Shown in pieces: positions 41,227 to 53,744 of a stretch of 64,000 bases of DNA. Numbering within the stretch: the stretch's first letter is position 1; each line of letters starts with the position of its first letter. The notes beneath the pieces are model-generated. The model did not search any database. It had not been told where the DNA came from and worked only from the letters and a program-made list of their open reading frames with translations. Where the stretch lies: assembly GCA_012295275.1 (NCBI GenBank), contig CM022673.1, positions 4,588,001 through 4,652,000 of the forward strand, written 5' to 3'. This DNA is from Chrysomallon squamiferum (taxonomy: Eukaryota > Animalia > Mollusca). The position numbers and the translations under genes are program-made.

Positions 41227-44200
41227 ACCCTTGACTATCTGTCTGTCGTAGGACACTGTTTATCTTGATGAATTAGATCTAATGCCACGCCGAATATGAA
41301 ACTAGCGATACTGGGAGTATGGGATACACGTCGTAGGCATGAATGATGAAATCGTTGGTATAATTTTATTTTTATTTATTTCGTTTATATTCATTCCTAA
41401 AACAAAATTATGAACCATAATATAATATATATATGAATTAACATAACATTACCAATTTTCCTTTCGACATTTCACAAAGAATTCTTGTTAGGAATGAAAA
41501 CCGGAAATTAAAATATTTCTATACGACCTTGACCTTCAGTAACTTCACAAACGTGGTTGCTTTGAAACAGATTGTGGAAGCGATCGGAGCTCTTAATAAT
41601 TCATTACCATTTTAAGCGGTTTCTCAGTTCAGTTCTATCACTGCATATATTTTAAAAATGTCAGTTCGTAATCTTTGCCATTCAAACTCTTTGATGTTTT
41701 CGAAATGGATTTTTCCCGCGGTTTTTGCCAAGTACCGAATTTTGTAAGCGGACGTTGTAATTGTATTATTTCCATTTTTATTTATTTATTTTTATTTTTA
41801 TTTTTTATTTTTTATTTTATTTATTTTTATTTTTTCTTCTTATTTTTTATTTTTTTCTTATTATTATTTTTATTTATTTATTTAATTATTTTTTTGTTTT
41901 TTTTTATATTTTTTTTTTATATTTATTTGTTTTTGCAGTTTATTAATGGTATTAATATGGTCATTCGTCTAAAATAATAAAATAAAAATAAATAAATAAA
42001 TAAAATAGGCTATACATCTTTATTTTACTATTATTAAAATATACTTTCCATTCCGTTATGGAAATTGGCAATACGTGGTACTTTACCATAAAGTTTACGG
42101 CATTTGTGACAGATAAATTACAAAACGACAACGATAACATGGAAATCGTGTCACTGATTAATAAAATAATAAAATGAACAGATGTGTGTATTTACACAAT
42201 CGGGCGCGCATAGGGTTTATTTATTTATTTACTTTAGTAATATTTAAATATTTGTGTAAATAATTGCAGTAAAAATAATTTATTTTCTATTAAAATACAT
42301 GTAAATATATATATATTTTTTTTTTCGCTTTAATTAATGATTTAAAGTATAAAGTAAAATCAAAAGTACCATAATATTTTGTTTCTCTTTTATACACATT
42401 ATGTCATGAAAGACTGCCACTAACAGAATCTAATAGTAATATGTTCAAGTGTCATTAGATACTTCTTTCTTTTCCTTGGAGAATAACTTTCACAGTTTTT
42501 CCATGCTAAGATTGATTCCTGGTCTCTGAAGGTTTTTAATTTTTGTCACCAGCAAAGAACCTTTTTCACTGATGTATTTGTAATTTCATTTTTTTTTTCA
42601 CCCATTGAAATTTAGTAGGTTATTTTTTTATTATTATTTTTTATTTTATTATATTTTTTTTTTCAGCTCTTTTTGACTTAGATACATGGGGGGTGTTGAA
42701 ATTGTTTATTTACTTGTTTATGTATGTATGTATATATACATGTGTGTAAATATTATATTGATAATGTTTTTTAAATATTTTTAAAATTAGTTTAATTTCA
42801 GCTATATTAAAGTCTTTGTTAACTGTTTTCTTGCTCTTGGGAATTAAAAAAAAAAAAAAAAAAAAACTCTCCTTTTCAGCTGTCAGTAAAAGTAATCAAA
42901 TATTGTCATTATTCTGTCATTAATGATAAGTAACATAATGATGATGATGGGAAAATTTATATACTGGTATAAAAATTCAGAGTAGTAGAACATTCTGTAA
43001 TTTCCACTGTTCTTTAATAACAAAAGACTATATCCTATCTTTCTTGAACATAGAAACAGATAATTTAATTTATAGTAATGGTACAAATATCTGAATATAT
43101 GTGAGCATATAGCATTTCCTTTAATACCTTTTCTTGTTGTTGTTAAATTGGGGAAAAAGGGTTTGTAGAAAGAGCAAATTCTGCATTATCCATTTTTACT
43201 TTGCAATAAAACATTTCATGAAAGCATCTCATGGTTATTAATAATCTGATTTCAGATTTTGCTTGTTTTTAATTTATTTTTATAATGTAAAGGAATGCTG
43301 AAAACTTGTCTAAATGGATACACTAATAAATATATAAATACATACTGGCATACTCTAAATTGTGAAATAAATATTTTAGAACACACTTATATTCTAAACA
43401 ACTTTGATAATAATCTGTTCAGATAATACTTTTCCTGACACGCACGCACACAACTGACTGAATTTATAATAATTTTTACCATGTTTTACCATGACTCTGC
43501 ATAAGAATGAAAAAGTTAACAATGTGGAATTTTTAATGTATGAATTCTGTAGTATTCTCAGAATGGTAATCTTTTATCTCAGAATATTGCCCCACCATTT
43601 CCAGCAGGCAATCCTGAGATAATTCATTTATTTTACAGATTATTCTTTTGCTTTCAGGATTATTATTAATAATTATGTGATGACTTCCTGAAATGGTTTC
43701 TTGTAAACACTGAAACTGAACAGTGGTAACTCAATATTAACTCTGAGTAATTTACAATGCATGTTTTGGTTTCCACATGTCAGGTTAAGTGGAGGTTTAT
43801 TTCTGTTATTAATAAATCTTGCATTTGCCCAGCCTTAATAATTATCATTTCAACACAGTTCCTTTCTTTCCATATGCTTGAGGAAAGCTGTGGTGACACT
43901 GAGTTTGTTGTGAAGGCAGGACACGCTTCGGTTTGCGCTGTGGTTTATCGAGGCTTTCACCAAGCAGGCCGTGTGGTAAAATCAGTCAGAGGAACATTAC
44001 AATAGCACAGGAATAATTATCATTCATTATTTTCAGTGAAGCCAGTCTCATTGTGTGTACATGTGACCTTACAGTATCTGGCCACCCACACCCATTACAA
44101 GGGACAGTTAGCATTGTGTATGTTGATGACAGACTACACAGGATTTTGTTTCATGGCCGTTCAAAAACCAGGAAGAGGGTGATAATTATAAAAGAAATAC

Positions 44201-46312
44201 TGTTCTGGATATACAGTGAAGGAAACAGCTTCTAATATAATAACATTTTTTTGTGATGCTGAGTTGAGCTATTTTTCATCACCATATGGTATTGGAAATA
44301 TTCTGTTTCAGCATGTAATGATATTAGAGTTGTGCGAACCAGCAGTCTGGAGTCTGCTTTATTCTTCTCTGGTTTTAGTGTGTCGTCATCCATTAAGTGT
44401 CAGTGATGGAGTAATATTTCTCATTTTGTTTTGGCGCTCTCTCTTTCTCTCTTTTCTCTCTCTCTCTTTTCTCTCTCTCTCTTTCTCTCACAGATACACA
44501 CATGTGACAGCTCTGCTTTTTTTTCTTCATATTGCTTCAGAGAAACTGGGGACGTGACAGGCTGGAGTTCAATGAGGCTAACGTGTGTGATCAATATTGC
44601 CGGCCGATTACCAATTCCCATCATTACTGCCAGTCAGCGTTGTTTGTTTTATAGACAGGTTTTCGCTTCTATGTTTGTGTCTCCCTTAGCCATTGTCAAC
44701 CTGCAGAGCTGCTGCAGTCTATAATGTCATCAATTTGCTGATTCTGTTTTTGCTGAGAAGTCACAAAAATGAACTTCATTACAGAAGATTGACTTTTCTG
44801 TGCACACAATTTTACGAGAAAGGGCATGTGTACTAAGCCATTTATGTTTTAGAATTTATTTTCCACTCAGGTTTCAGATGCACACAAGTAAATCAAGACT
44901 GTGTTTTAAAAAGCTTCTGGGTTAGTCCCCTTTGGACAATATTGCCTGACACCATTTTGTTTTCATCACAGAGTAATGTTCTGTTAAAATTATTATTCAG
45001 TCACATGAAAAATAATTTATTTTGCACCTGCTGCTATATAGTATATATTATGTGGGGCATATTGTTATGTGTTAGTTAAAATAAGATTATTATTTTTATT
45101 TCACACTCATAATTTTCATATTTATGTATAACACTACTACATTTTTTATCATGGTTAATATGTGTAGCATACAGCTAATATAAAAACAGAGTTGTAGAAA
45201 GAAAGAAATAAATCCTGATAACTTTCTTTGTTTTGAAAAAAAGAAATTTTTGAATACTTTAAAGATATAAACATATTATTATTTCTTTTTTTTAATTTAA
45301 AAAAGTATATTTATTATTATGTCCTTTATTTTAAATTTTATTTTATAAGAATTGAACTTGCATTTCAGAGTAGCTGTAAATAAATATCTTTTGTACAAGT
45401 TATTGTTTAGACACCTATTCTTTTTCATGTACTGTTAATGTAGTAAAAGGCCCACTGAATTACTTAAGATAAAAAAAAAAAAATAGAACAGAAACGGCCA
45501 GACAATGAGAAAATCCAGACAGTGGGATTAAATGCCTCTGTGTACTAAATGTATAATGTGTTTTTTGCACAGAATCTGATAGAAACCAGCTATTACTCAG
45601 ACAGACATAATATCCAAATTACATTTCAAGGCTTACTCCCATGCAAAATTGCCTTTGGAATGTGACAGTTTTAAGAATACTCAGGCACAACTTAGGATAA
45701 TGTTTAGAAAACTACCCAAAACCTTACACATTAATGATGTGAAATGTTGTATAGAAGTTCCAGATTTTTGAGGCTATAATAATAAATGAAATAATAAAGT
45801 TTTTAAATGAGGTTTCTTTTCTAAAATAAATTGTTATTTGGTTTAGGGGGTTTTTTTGTTTTTGTTTTTTGTGTGGATTAATGTGGCTGTTACACTTCTG
45901 ACTTTTCTGTGCACATTTTAGAAACAGCACTGGTGGTTCTTAAATAAACTGAACTCAGTTGGCACTAAGTAGTGATAATATCACAGAGTGGTCATTGCTG
46001 CTTCTTAAGGAAATTAGAGACCTTTTGAAGTCCTTTTTCATTTAATATGTCAACTGTATTCAAATCTGGTAGCAGATTAAGCAGAACCAGTTTGGATTTC
46101 CATTCAAAAATAAAACAATAAGACCATACAAGAAAGAAAAAACAAAACATAATGCAAGTTAACCAAGTTCCAGCCAATTCAGAAAGATGGTTTAACAAAA
46201 TATTTCAAATGTTATATGTTTCTTCTGCACAGACTTCAATTAAAAAAGAAAATAACTTTTTTACATATATATATACATAGAAGATTCTGTTTTAGTTTGA
46301 AATAAGACTGAC

Positions 46313-46344
<32 letters not shown>

Positions 46345-46560
46345 GATCCATGAACAAAATAATGAAAGTTTAGTGTGTGATATTCATTGTTTCGGATAGC
46401 TGGTCTCGTAATCTTCCAGTGGAGCCTGTGATGTTTAGTTTTTGACTGTATGCAGTATGTGTGATGATGATAAGACATATGAACATGTTAAAGACTGGTG
46501 CTGTGAGTACGACGTGACACCATGTTGTAGAACTGAGATTATTTACTTACCTTCTTGCAG

Positions 46561-46615
46561 GAACGAAGAGCCTGTCGCCTCCAACATGGACATCTCCACT
46601 GGACACATCGTTCTG
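46561..46615 (+). CDS. PTPRN: IA-2/PTPRN small exon (W-NEEPVASNMDISTGHIVL)
   Basis: cttcttgcag| and CTG|gtaagt; 55 nt; completes the split Trp codon; NMDISTGH is an IA-2 family hallmark. Confidence 0.95.
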
Positions 46616-47603
46616 GTAAGTAAAACTGTTACATATTTTAAATATGTTGTTGTTGTTGTTGCAGTTGTTGGTAGTGCTTAGTGGTAATGATATTGATGAA
46701 GTGTAAGGACAGAGATACTGACAGTAATCTATATTTATTTAGCAAAATATCTTTCGTATACACCTCACAGGACAGCACAAACCATTACAAGAACTATAAA
46801 TATACATGAACATAATGGGTTTAATAAATTATTTAATTATTGATCACCTCCCTCACCCAAAAATGGAAAATAAAAGAAGTTTGTTTCACTTTTGACAGAC
46901 ATTCTTCCAGAGTATTTTGAAATCAAATATTGATTATTTGTCTTGGCATTTTCTTTTAACAAAGACTTCCATCCATGTTGCAGTTATTACTGTAGGAAAA
47001 AAGTCTTCATTTGTTATTTCTATACATGTCTGTTTTTCTGTTAATGATGTTGAATAATGCATAGTTACATGTAGAGGAATATGTATAACACACTACATCT
47101 GGTCCTTTGTAAATATGTTTTTGGGGCTTTAACAAGTTTATAAAAACAAAAACAAAACCTAACAATTCTACATTTCTTTGTTGTTTGGTTTTAAAAATAC
47201 ACTTTTGTGTCATAAAGAATTAATTTTCTGTTTTAATTTATTAAGAGTTAAATGCAGTTTTTTTTTTTTTTTTTTTTTTTTTTGTTATGTTTAAGGTAAG
47301 TACTTTCCATATTTTGCTGTTGTATATTTATTCAGTAGAAGATTGATTGCCACTACGTTAATTTAAATGTTTTTGCTTGTAAAATGAACATTCTTCCTTG
47401 ATAAATAAAGAGACCCACTTGTTCAGACATGTGCATATTAATATAAATATGTTATATACATACATACATTCATCCATTTATTGATATACATTTTCACTCC
47501 TTCTAACCTATAAATATATCATCCATACATTCATCTACATATTTATATATATGTGTGTATATATATATATACATATATATATATATACATATATACACAT
47601 ATA

Positions 47604-47654
<51 letters not shown>

Positions 47655-49151
47655 GTATGTATGTCTGCATACATAACACACATTTACATGTACATATATT
47701 CATATATTCAACTATCCATCCATTTATTAACAAAAAAACCCACACACACAGATGCATATGTGCATATATTGATCTAAATGTGCACACAAAATTACATGAC
47801 AGTTCTGTCTGTTATTTCAAACAATCAAATGTTTGTTTTATCTGTTACGAACATGAAATGAAAATGCAAGCACAGGTATTAAACAAAATATGATTCATCA
47901 ACAATAAATCAATACAAAATATCTGTTGTATCTCTGGCAAAACTTTTTTTTTTTCTTTTTTTACTTTTTGCTTAATGATCTGTATCACACAAAGATGTGT
48001 AATGATCCACATCACATGAATGGAGGTAACTAGGGCAGATCTAGGGAGGTCTGAATTAGTGGATTTTATAAAGAAAAAAACAACCTCTTGATTTATTTAA
48101 CAAATCTTTTCTTTCTTTACAAAAATACACTACTTTGTTTAGCACAGCAAGCAGATTCTTTTATGGCAAATTATTAATTTTTTTTTTAAATCCATAAAAT
48201 TTCATATTATTATGCAAGTTGTTGTAACTTTTGGAGCATGCATGTCCTGAAAAAATAACAAACCCAAAGGGTGATAGTGATATTATTGTGATAGTTTAGT
48301 TCAGAAATTACATAACTAGTATATAAGTTTCCTTATTAGTGTGTTTAAGATGTAGACATATTATTTAATATTTGCCATTAACAAAGGAAATAATAAATTA
48401 AAAAAAAAATTAAAAAATTAAAAATGGACATGCAGCTGTAAATTAGTACATAATTATTAGGAATGTGTTGGGTTGGAATTCAATATCACATCATATTTCA
48501 TTTCTTTCTTTTTTCTTCCTTGTTTTTTTTTTTTTTTAATTTTTCTTCTTCTATGTCCTACTGTGAAAAAAGTTGTATTTAATATCTCTAAAATCATACT
48601 CCTAAGCCTAATCACCAACATACTTAATTTTTTTGTATTTTTTTTAATTTTAAAATGTGTCCATTATGTAGCCCAGAGTTTTGTTTACACATGGGAAAAT
48701 AAACCATGAATAATTGATCCTTCAGTCTATGGCAAATGATTCTTTCTTTTCTTCCTATACATTTTTGTTTTTTCTCTCACTCTCTCTTTGTCTGAATTTT
48801 GCTTTTCTCTTGTTACCATGCTTTCAGTGAATTCCTCTTTTAATGGGTTTCTGCATTATTGGATTTTTTAACATAATTTCTTGTCGCAACAGCACTAGAT
48901 AATACCATTACTGTTCTTTCCATTATATGTCATTAATGAGTGGAAAACTTCGTTTTATATAAGTAAACATGATAATTTGAGAAAATTCCAGACTAAATAT
49001 TTAGGTAAATGGTGTCTGGTTGAAGAGTTATTAGAGTCTTGTAGTCATTACACCTGAGAGGGAAGTATTATTTTAACAAGACATCAAACTTAAAACTAGT
49101 CTGAGAGGTTTTATAATTTAAAAAAGAAAGAAAAAAGAAAGATTATTATTA

Positions 49152-49182
<31 letters not shown>

Positions 49183-49240
49183 TATTATTGTTGTTGTTGT
49201 TGTTACTATCATCATCTTTGTCATCATTGTCATCATAATG

Positions 49241-49450
49241 ATACCCAGGTATCTTTTTGTACTGAAGAAAACATGTTACAGAACATCACCGATTCTGTTA
49301 CAACTCAGTGTATTGTGATAAGCAAGTCTCTTACTGTACTGAAGAAAACATGTTACAGAACATCACAGATTCTGTTATAGCTCAGTATATTGTGATAACC
49401 AGGTATCATACAGGACTGATGAAAACATGATAAAGTACAGCAGAGAATCT
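49241..49450 (+). repeat. 77-bp tandem repeat, ~2.5 copies
   Basis: GTACTGAAGAAAACATGTTACAGAACATCAC.GATTCTGTTA at 49259 and 49336, plus a decayed third copy. Confidence 0.88.
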
Positions 49451-50259
49451 CATTGCAGTGTGACTGCCATAGATGTCATTAAAATTACTCACAAGTCATA
49501 AGACATTAATATAGATTATTTTTTAATTATTTCTTTTTCTTTTAAAGTTACACAATTTCTGAAATAAGTTATAAGTTATTTATTTTATATTATTTTATTT
49601 ATTTATTTTTTTTTTTTTTTTTTTTTTTTTTTTGTACAAAATTATATTACAAATATACAAATTATAAGATAATAAGATATTCTTTTTTAATATTGTAATA
49701 TAATAGCAACAAAAGCTACAAGACTACTGTCTGTTTTTTTTTTTTTTCCCCACTTTCTAAGAAGTATGAATCATCTCTCTGATAAATGTCATTTTCTTTT
49801 GTTTTGACCACTGCATACACATAGGTTAACCCATGTTTTGATTTACACTTACAGAAAATATAGTCTGTCCATCCAAGTTTTTTTGTCAGAAACCAGCTGA
49901 ACAAAATGTGCAGAAATCTGTTTCCCCACATAAATACATACAGAGCAGAGTGTAGGTGTTTATATTTTCATTTTTGAACAAGGTTTGAACAGGTCAAGTA
50001 TTTGCAGAAAAATAGATAATAATAACTAATAAAAGAGGATAACATCACAGCTGCAGTTTCAGTGTGCATTTACTGTAGATGCGTGTTGGTCAGGGAAAGA
50101 TGATGTCATGGTAGTTGTAGTGTAATTGTGGCACTGTTGCAAATGCTGTGAAAATGTCTGTGCTTACTGATGAGTGGTAGCCAGGGAATTGTCAAGTGAT
50201 GAAGACAAATCATAGTTACATGAAGTTATCTCAGTGCATTCTAATCACACTTCTTGCAC

Positions 50260-51000
50260 TCTCTGGCCATCTCACATTGGAGCAAGCTGCTCTCCTTACA
50301 CTATCACACATTATGAATGAGCTATTCTTTCATTGTACACTTTGACCTTTACACCATTCTGAACAAGCTGTTGTCTGCTTTCCTTCTCCAACCACCTCAC
50401 ATTGTGAATGAAATACATTTTCCTTGCTGTCTATAACCATCTTCCTTGCTCTCTCTGACCATCGCACTTTGTTAGTGAGTTACTCTCCTTACTCTCTCTG
50501 ACCATCACACTTTGCTAGTGAGTTACTCTCTCCTTTCTCTCTCTCTCTGACCATCGCACTTTGCTAGTGAGTTACTCTCCTCTCTCTCTCTCTCTGACCA
50601 TCGCACTTTGCTAGTGAGTTACTCTCCTTTTCTTTCTCTCTCTCTCTGACCATCGCACTTTGCTAGTGAATTACTCTCCTTGCTCTCTCTCTCTCTCTCT
50701 GGCCATCACACGTTACTAGTGAGTTACTCTCCTTGCTCTCTCTCTCTCTCTCTGGCCATCACACGTTACTAGTGAGTTACTCTCCTTGCTCTCTCTGACC
50801 ATCACACATTGCTAGTGAGTTTTTCTCCTTGCTCTCTCTGACCATCGCACATTGCTAGTGAGTTACTCTCCTTGCTCTCTCTCTCTTTGACTATCACAAG
50901 TTGCAAATGAGTTACTCTCCATACTCTCAAACATAACACATTGCAAATGAGTTACTCTCCTTGTTCTGTCACACATTCTGAATGAGTTGATATCCAACTG
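50260..51000 (+). repeat. Minisatellite, ~43-52 bp unit with an internal variable (CT)n tract
   Basis: Unit TGACCATCGCACTTTGCTAGTGAGTTACTCTCCTTGC(TC)n; homogeneous core 50455-50960 with decayed flanks. Confidence 0.92.
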
Positions 51001-51354
51001 TCACATTATAAAGGAGCAAATCTCTCCTCCTGCAATCATCTCACCTTTTAAGTGAAGTTCACTCCCCTTTTGAGTGAGCTCCACTCTCCCTACAGTCGTC
51101 TACCATTACACACTGTGATCTCAGAGAACTCCAATACTTTGAAACCAGTTTGTTTGCCTGATTATCTTTTACATGATTTATGAAAATAAATTACTTGTTT
51201 CATTTTTCCATCTGTAATTTGTTATTTTGACACTTTAGTGTGATCATCACATTACACTTGTTTGAGAATTTAAAAGAAAGTTAAATTTTTCATTTATAAT
51301 TTATTTCTTTTTTTTCTTTCCTTTTCTATTTTTTTTTTTTAAATTTATTTTTCA

Positions 51355-51398
<44 letters not shown>

Positions 51399-52336
51399 GA
51401 TGTCACTTATTTTTTATTTTTTTCTACAATTTAAAATAAACATGAATACTGAAAAATAAATATCATTCTCAGAAGCGTTTAACTGATTTTCACTTTGTCA
51501 GTAAATATCATCATACACACACATTTTTTTAATGTATATATAATTTCAGATTTAAGTACAATTCACAGTTGATAAAAATTACAACAAAAAAATAAATAAA
51601 ATTCAAAGCATGTTTGGTTTTTCTTTTTCTTTCTTTCTTTCTTTCTTTATTTATTTTTTTAATTATTTTTCCTGGATTAATTGTTATATTTAATGTTATC
51701 TTCAGACACAGCATACTGAAACCAAATTTGAGAGAAGTTGCACTGTTTAATTTTATGTGGTAAATCTTTGACATTCATGTCCAGCATATCACCGAAAACT
51801 AGTTCAAACACTGAATATAATTGCTGCCACATAAAACTGTATTCACATTATATTTATTTATTTTTTTATTCTCTTTCATCAGTTGAACAAGTAAAATAAC
51901 AGCAGAATACTTAAAAGTATTTAATGAAGTGGAAAACCTGTTAACAAAATACTGTGCTTATTTGACTGCTGCTGTTCGTTGCCTTGATTTAGTTCTGTGT
52001 AGAATGTTTTTGGCATGATGTAGCTTGTGGAAACTAAAGACTATTGTTAGTTAATAAAATTATAGCAAGCGTAATTACAGATTTGTCCATTCATCTGTCC
52101 ATCTATACATTCATTGTAATGTACAAAATATAATAGAAAAATAACACTTTTCTCTATTATGTTGTTGTTTAATTTTAATAATGGTTATAGCTGATAACAA
52201 TAATAAGAAAATGCTCTCAGCTTATTGGATTACCAAAACTTAATTTAACGATAAAAAAGAAACTTTAAAGGTTACATTTTTATTACTATTGTAAAATGAA
52301 TCATTTTAATGGAAACTACAAGTGTTAATCCATTAG

Positions 52337-52371
<35 letters not shown>

Positions 52372-52559
52372 TTTTATGTGTGTGTGCGGACACACACAAA
52401 AAATTTCAGAAACAAAGGCATTCATTTACCTCTTTCACTCAACAGATTTCTGAATAATTGGTCTGCCAGACACTTTATTTAAAACGTGAATCTTGAGTTA
52501 AGATTTCTGATTTCACTTCAAATGCTTAAAGTGTTAACAGAAACAAGCTGAAGCTGTGA

Positions 52560-52835
52560 AGTGTCTTGTCTTGGTCCATACAGTCCAGGAAGCCAGTACA
52601 TTTTTTTTTCTTTCCCAGCCATGGTCACATTACTTATTTAAGACAGCCAGTGGATTTATTTTAAAATGTATTTTTTCTTTCTCTGTAAAAGATTCCTTGC
52701 TGCTGTGTTTTAAAAAGCAGTTGTTGGAATTATGCCATTGAGTTTCTTCTTTCATAACACAGTAATGCCAGAATAAAATAGGTTTTGCTAACCATTCCTA
52801 TTAAAAAGTGTTGAGCTGGTATAAAACATTCATTA
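52560..52835 (+). mobile_element. Decayed SINE-like dispersed repeat
   Basis: Core AAAAGATTCCTTGCTGC and tail AAACATTCATT shared with fragments at ~16620 (+), ~37515 (-), ~40551 (-) and ~46741 (-). SINE assignment is from recollection of gastropod SINE cores, not a search. Confidence 0.4.
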
Positions 52836-53596
52836 ACAGACATAGTGAGTTAGTTGATTAATTACACAAAAAGTGTTGGTTGTATTAAACAACTTTTCAA
52901 ATCAGTTGTAAATTGGATTTGTCACCAGTATCGATCAGTGTGAAAACCAAATGCTTAAATATTGATTGTAAAGGATAAATTTAATTTCTCATTTCATTTA
53001 TTTTAAAATGTATTTTTTTTTTTTTTTTTTTTTTTTTATAAAAATTGGGATTCAAAATATTGCATTTTGCCAGAGATATATTTTCAGTGACCACACAAAA
53101 TAAAGATAGGAGTGTGACAATGTGAAGCTTAGATCCCATGGAAATTGAATGTATGCTGTTGCTGTAAGGTCAAAACCCTACTCTCTATTTCTATCCATAT
53201 CAAATTTACATGCTAAGAAAATCGAATATGTGCATATCATCACCAGATCAAAATCAATGTAACAGTTACAATTGATAAATACCAGTCACAAAATTTGAAC
53301 ATTACAAACAGCTTTTTATGTAACAAATATCCATTTGGAACTTTACATATTGTTGCAAAAAGAAACCCCTACATTTTTCTAATAATTACAGCAGCAACAA
53401 ATATTATTGTACATGCTTTCCCATAGACAAAAGAGCATGTGTCAAGAACTGGATAACCAGTCATGAAAAACAAGTTGAAACAAAATCAGTCCAGTGACTT
53501 TTATCTCTCAGTCCAGTGTCTAATCACTAATCTGTATTAAATAATGTGGAAATCAAACCATTCGTTTATTTTAATTGAGTCCCCTGTTTCTTGCAG

Positions 53597-53744
53597 TCCT
53601 ACATGGAGGACCACCTTAAGAATCAGGACCGTCTGGACCAGGAATGGGAAGCTCTGTGTGCCTACGAAGCTGATCCTTGCAGTACCAAGATAGCCAGTGA
53701 CCCTGCAAACATGCGCAAAAATCGCTACGGAGACATACTGCCAT
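53597..53744 (+). CDS. PTPRN: IA-2/PTPRN PTP-domain exon (SYMEDHLKNQDRLDQEWEALCAYEADPCSTKIASDPANMRKNRYGDILP-Y)
   Basis: ttcttgcag| and T|gtaagt; 148 nt; YMEDHL, EW.ALCAY and KNR motifs. Confidence 0.96.
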
